Positions 62,446 through 64,000 of a DNA stretch of 64,000 nucleotides are shown in pieces. The stretch spans positions 26,313 through 90,312 of the forward strand of contig CAXSCF010000001.1 of assembly GCA_964235815.1 (NCBI GenBank), in the 5' to 3' direction. The notes under the pieces were generated by a model. It had not been told where the DNA came from and made no database searches. It saw only the letters and a program-made list of their open reading frames with translations. A program made the translations under genes and the position numbers. Within the stretch, counting starts at the first letter, position 1. The number at the start of each line of letters is the position of its first letter. The DNA is from an uncultured Sphingomicrobium sp. (GTDB taxonomy: Bacteria; Pseudomonadota; Alphaproteobacteria; Sphingomonadales; Sphingomonadaceae).

Positions 62446-63708
62446 TCACCCGGCGAGCGAAACCCCGTTCGTCGAAGGGATGCAGCCGGTCGCGCGACCC
62501 GCCGCCTCGAACATCGTCAGAATCTGGCGGACCTGCTCGGCATCGTGCTCGGCACAGAGCGAGCAACGCAGCAGGGTCATGTTGCCCGGTGTCGCCGGCG
62601 GCCGCGCCAAGTTCACGTACAATCCCTCCTGAAGCAGCGCTTCCCACATCGCCGCCCCGGTCTCGAGGTCGGGCACGAGCACCGCGATGATCGCCGATTG
62701 CGGGGTCTCGGTGCCGAGCGTGAAGCCGAGCGCCTTCAGTCCGCGATGAAGCGTCTTGCTATTTTCCCACAGATGCGCGCGCTTGTCCGCGCCGTCCATC
62801 AGCTTGCGGATCGAGGTCGCCGCGGTCGCCACGACCGACGGCGGCAGCGAGGCGGTGAACACGTACGGCCGGCACACCAGCCGCAAAATCTCGAACTTGG
62901 GATGGTTCGAGACGCAGAAACCGCCGACCGTCCCGACCGACTTCGAAAAAGTGCCGATGATGAAGTCGACGTCGTCGATCACCCCCTGCGCCTCGGCCAC
63001 GCCGCGGCCATGCTCGCCGATGAAGCCCATCGAATGCGCCTCGTCGACCAGCACCATCGCCCCCGCCGCCTTGGCCACCGCGACCATTTCCTTCAACGGC
63101 GCGATGTCGCCGAGCATCGAATAGACTCCCTCGAGGATGACCAAAGTCTTGGCGCCTTCGGGAATGCGCTTGAGGCGCTTCTCGAGCGCGTCGATGTCAT
63201 TGTGGCGGAACGGCACGATATTGGCATTGCCGAGCGCGCAGCCGTCGTAGATCGAGGCGTGGCTGTCGATGTCGAGGACGATATAATCGTCCTTGCCGGC
63301 GATGGTCGAGATGATCCCGAGGTTGGCCTGATAGCCGGTCGAGAAGACCATCGCATGGTCCATGTCGTAGAACGTCTTGAGCGCTTCCTCGCACGCTTTG
63401 TGCCCGGCGTAGGTGCCATTGAGCACGCGGCTCCCCGTCGTTCCCGCGCCATAGTCGTCGAGCGCCTGCTTGCCCGCCGCGATGACCTCGGGGTCGAAGG
63501 TCATGCCCATGTAATTGTAGGTGCCGAGCAGGATCGTCCGCTGCCCGTTGCAGATCGCCACGGTCGGGCTTTCGACGCGCTCCATGACGAGGTTAAAGGG
63601 GTCGGTCAGCCCGGTCGATAGCAGGCTCTCGCGCTGCGCGATAAGGCCGTCGAACTTGGAGAAAAGATCCCCGCCCGCCACTTCGCCGGGGGCGCCGCCG
63701 TCGGTCAT
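62446..63708 (-). CDS. spt: Serine palmitoyltransferase
   Basis: 420 aa from the internal ATG. LLGTYNYMGMTFDP...FSTGY.ANLGIIST..GK..Y..LD.DSHASIYDGC...VLEGVYSMLGDIAPLKEMVAVAK..GAMVLVDEAHSMGF..GTFSKSVGTVGGF is nearly colinear with the Sphingomonas paucimobilis SPT as I remember it. Confidence 0.9.
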   Translation of the reverse strand: MTDGGAPGEVAGGDLFSKFDGLIAQRESLLSTGLTDPFNLVMERVESPTVAICNGQRTILLGTYNYMGMTFDPEVIAAGKQALDDYGAGTTGSRVLNGTYAGHKACEEALKTFYDMDHAMVFSTGYQANLGIISTIAGKDDYIVLDIDSHASIYDGCALGNANIVPFRHNDIDALEKRLKRIPEGAKTLVILEGVYSMLGDIAPLKEMVAVAKAAGAMVLVDEAHSMGFIGEHGRGVAEAQGVIDDVDFIIGTFSKSVGTVGGFCVSNHPKFEILRLVCRPYVFTASLPPSVVATAATSIRKLMDGADKRAHLWENSKTLHRGLKALGFTLGTETPQSAIIAVLVPDLETGAAMWEALLQEGLYVNLARPPATPGNMTLLRCSLCAEHDAEQVRQILTMFEAAGRATGCIPSTNGVSLAG

Positions 63709-63725
63709 GGCCAGTCCGGGGTCGG

Positions 63726-63968
63726 TCACGCCGTCATCTTCTCGACCGCGTCGACCAACTGTCCGACCGTCTCGATCTCGGCTTGCTGGTTCATGGTGAT
63801 CAGGATGTCGAACTCGTCCTCGATCGTGGCGACGAAATCGAGCACGGTCAGGCTGTCCCACTCAAGGTCCTGGGCAAAGCGCGTGTCGTCGCCGACGTCG
63901 ACGCCGTTCTTGTTGAACGGTTCGATGAGGGCTTTCACTCGGTCGTCGGTGGCGGCGCGTGTGGTCAT
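63726..63968 (-). CDS. Acyl carrier protein (sphingolipid-associated)
   Basis: 80 aa with the phosphopantetheine site LEWDSLTVLDF, ending 17 nt upstream of spt. The first ATG is at 63968; the listed ORF starts at a TTG at 63974. Confidence 0.8.
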   Translation of the reverse strand: MTTRAATDDRVKALIEPFNKNGVDVGDDTRFAQDLEWDSLTVLDFVATIEDEFDILITMNQQAEIETVGQLVDAVEKMTA

Positions 63969-64000
63969 CGGCAAGTCCTAATCTGGGGGCATCGCATAAG

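Noticed and set aside
62278-63621. 447-aa plus-strand ORF
   Set aside because: It is antisense to spt, which is identified with high confidence.

Overview
GC-rich (well above 60% by eye) chromosomal segment, most likely from a sphingomonad-type alphaproteobacterium; the serine palmitoyltransferase closely matches my memory of the Sphingomonas paucimobilis enzyme. Most of the window is densely packed housekeeping genes: recJ, glpX, phaC, purA, fabI, pdxH, mnmA, murA, clpS, gmk, serA/serC, xthA, lptFG and one tRNA-Glu. Many same-strand gene junctions overlap by 4 nt (ATGA or GTGA). I saw no rRNA, CRISPR array, transposase or integrase. Four things stand out. (1) The last ~11 kb (53.3-64.0 kb) looks like a sphingolipid neighbourhood. 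It holds acp-spt with a hybrid histidine kinase 18 nt downstream, a coupled DUF2141 / DAG-kinase-fold lipid kinase / Tam41-like trio, lptFG, and a divergent GNAT-like acyltransferase / membrane desaturase pair. (2) An identical 20-mer, TTATTGTGCACTGCAGCATA, precedes both a PHB-depolymerase-family esterase gene and a phasin gene 16 kb apart. A third, perfectly palindromic variant lies beside the phasin copy, so this is a candidate PHA-regulon operator. (3) A ~1.5 kb low-GC islet (26.97-28.48 kb) carries three copies of a hairpin repeat, small hydrophobic ORFs and a Sel1-like ORF with no canonical start. (4) Lys/Ala-rich histone-like extensions occur on the phasin and on an RluA-family pseudouridine synthase. 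Many long ORFs in the track are antisense artefacts of the high GC content, and many true genes start well inside the listed ORF. The track shows GTG and TTG starts as M. All family assignments come from motif recognition by eye and memory, not from searches.
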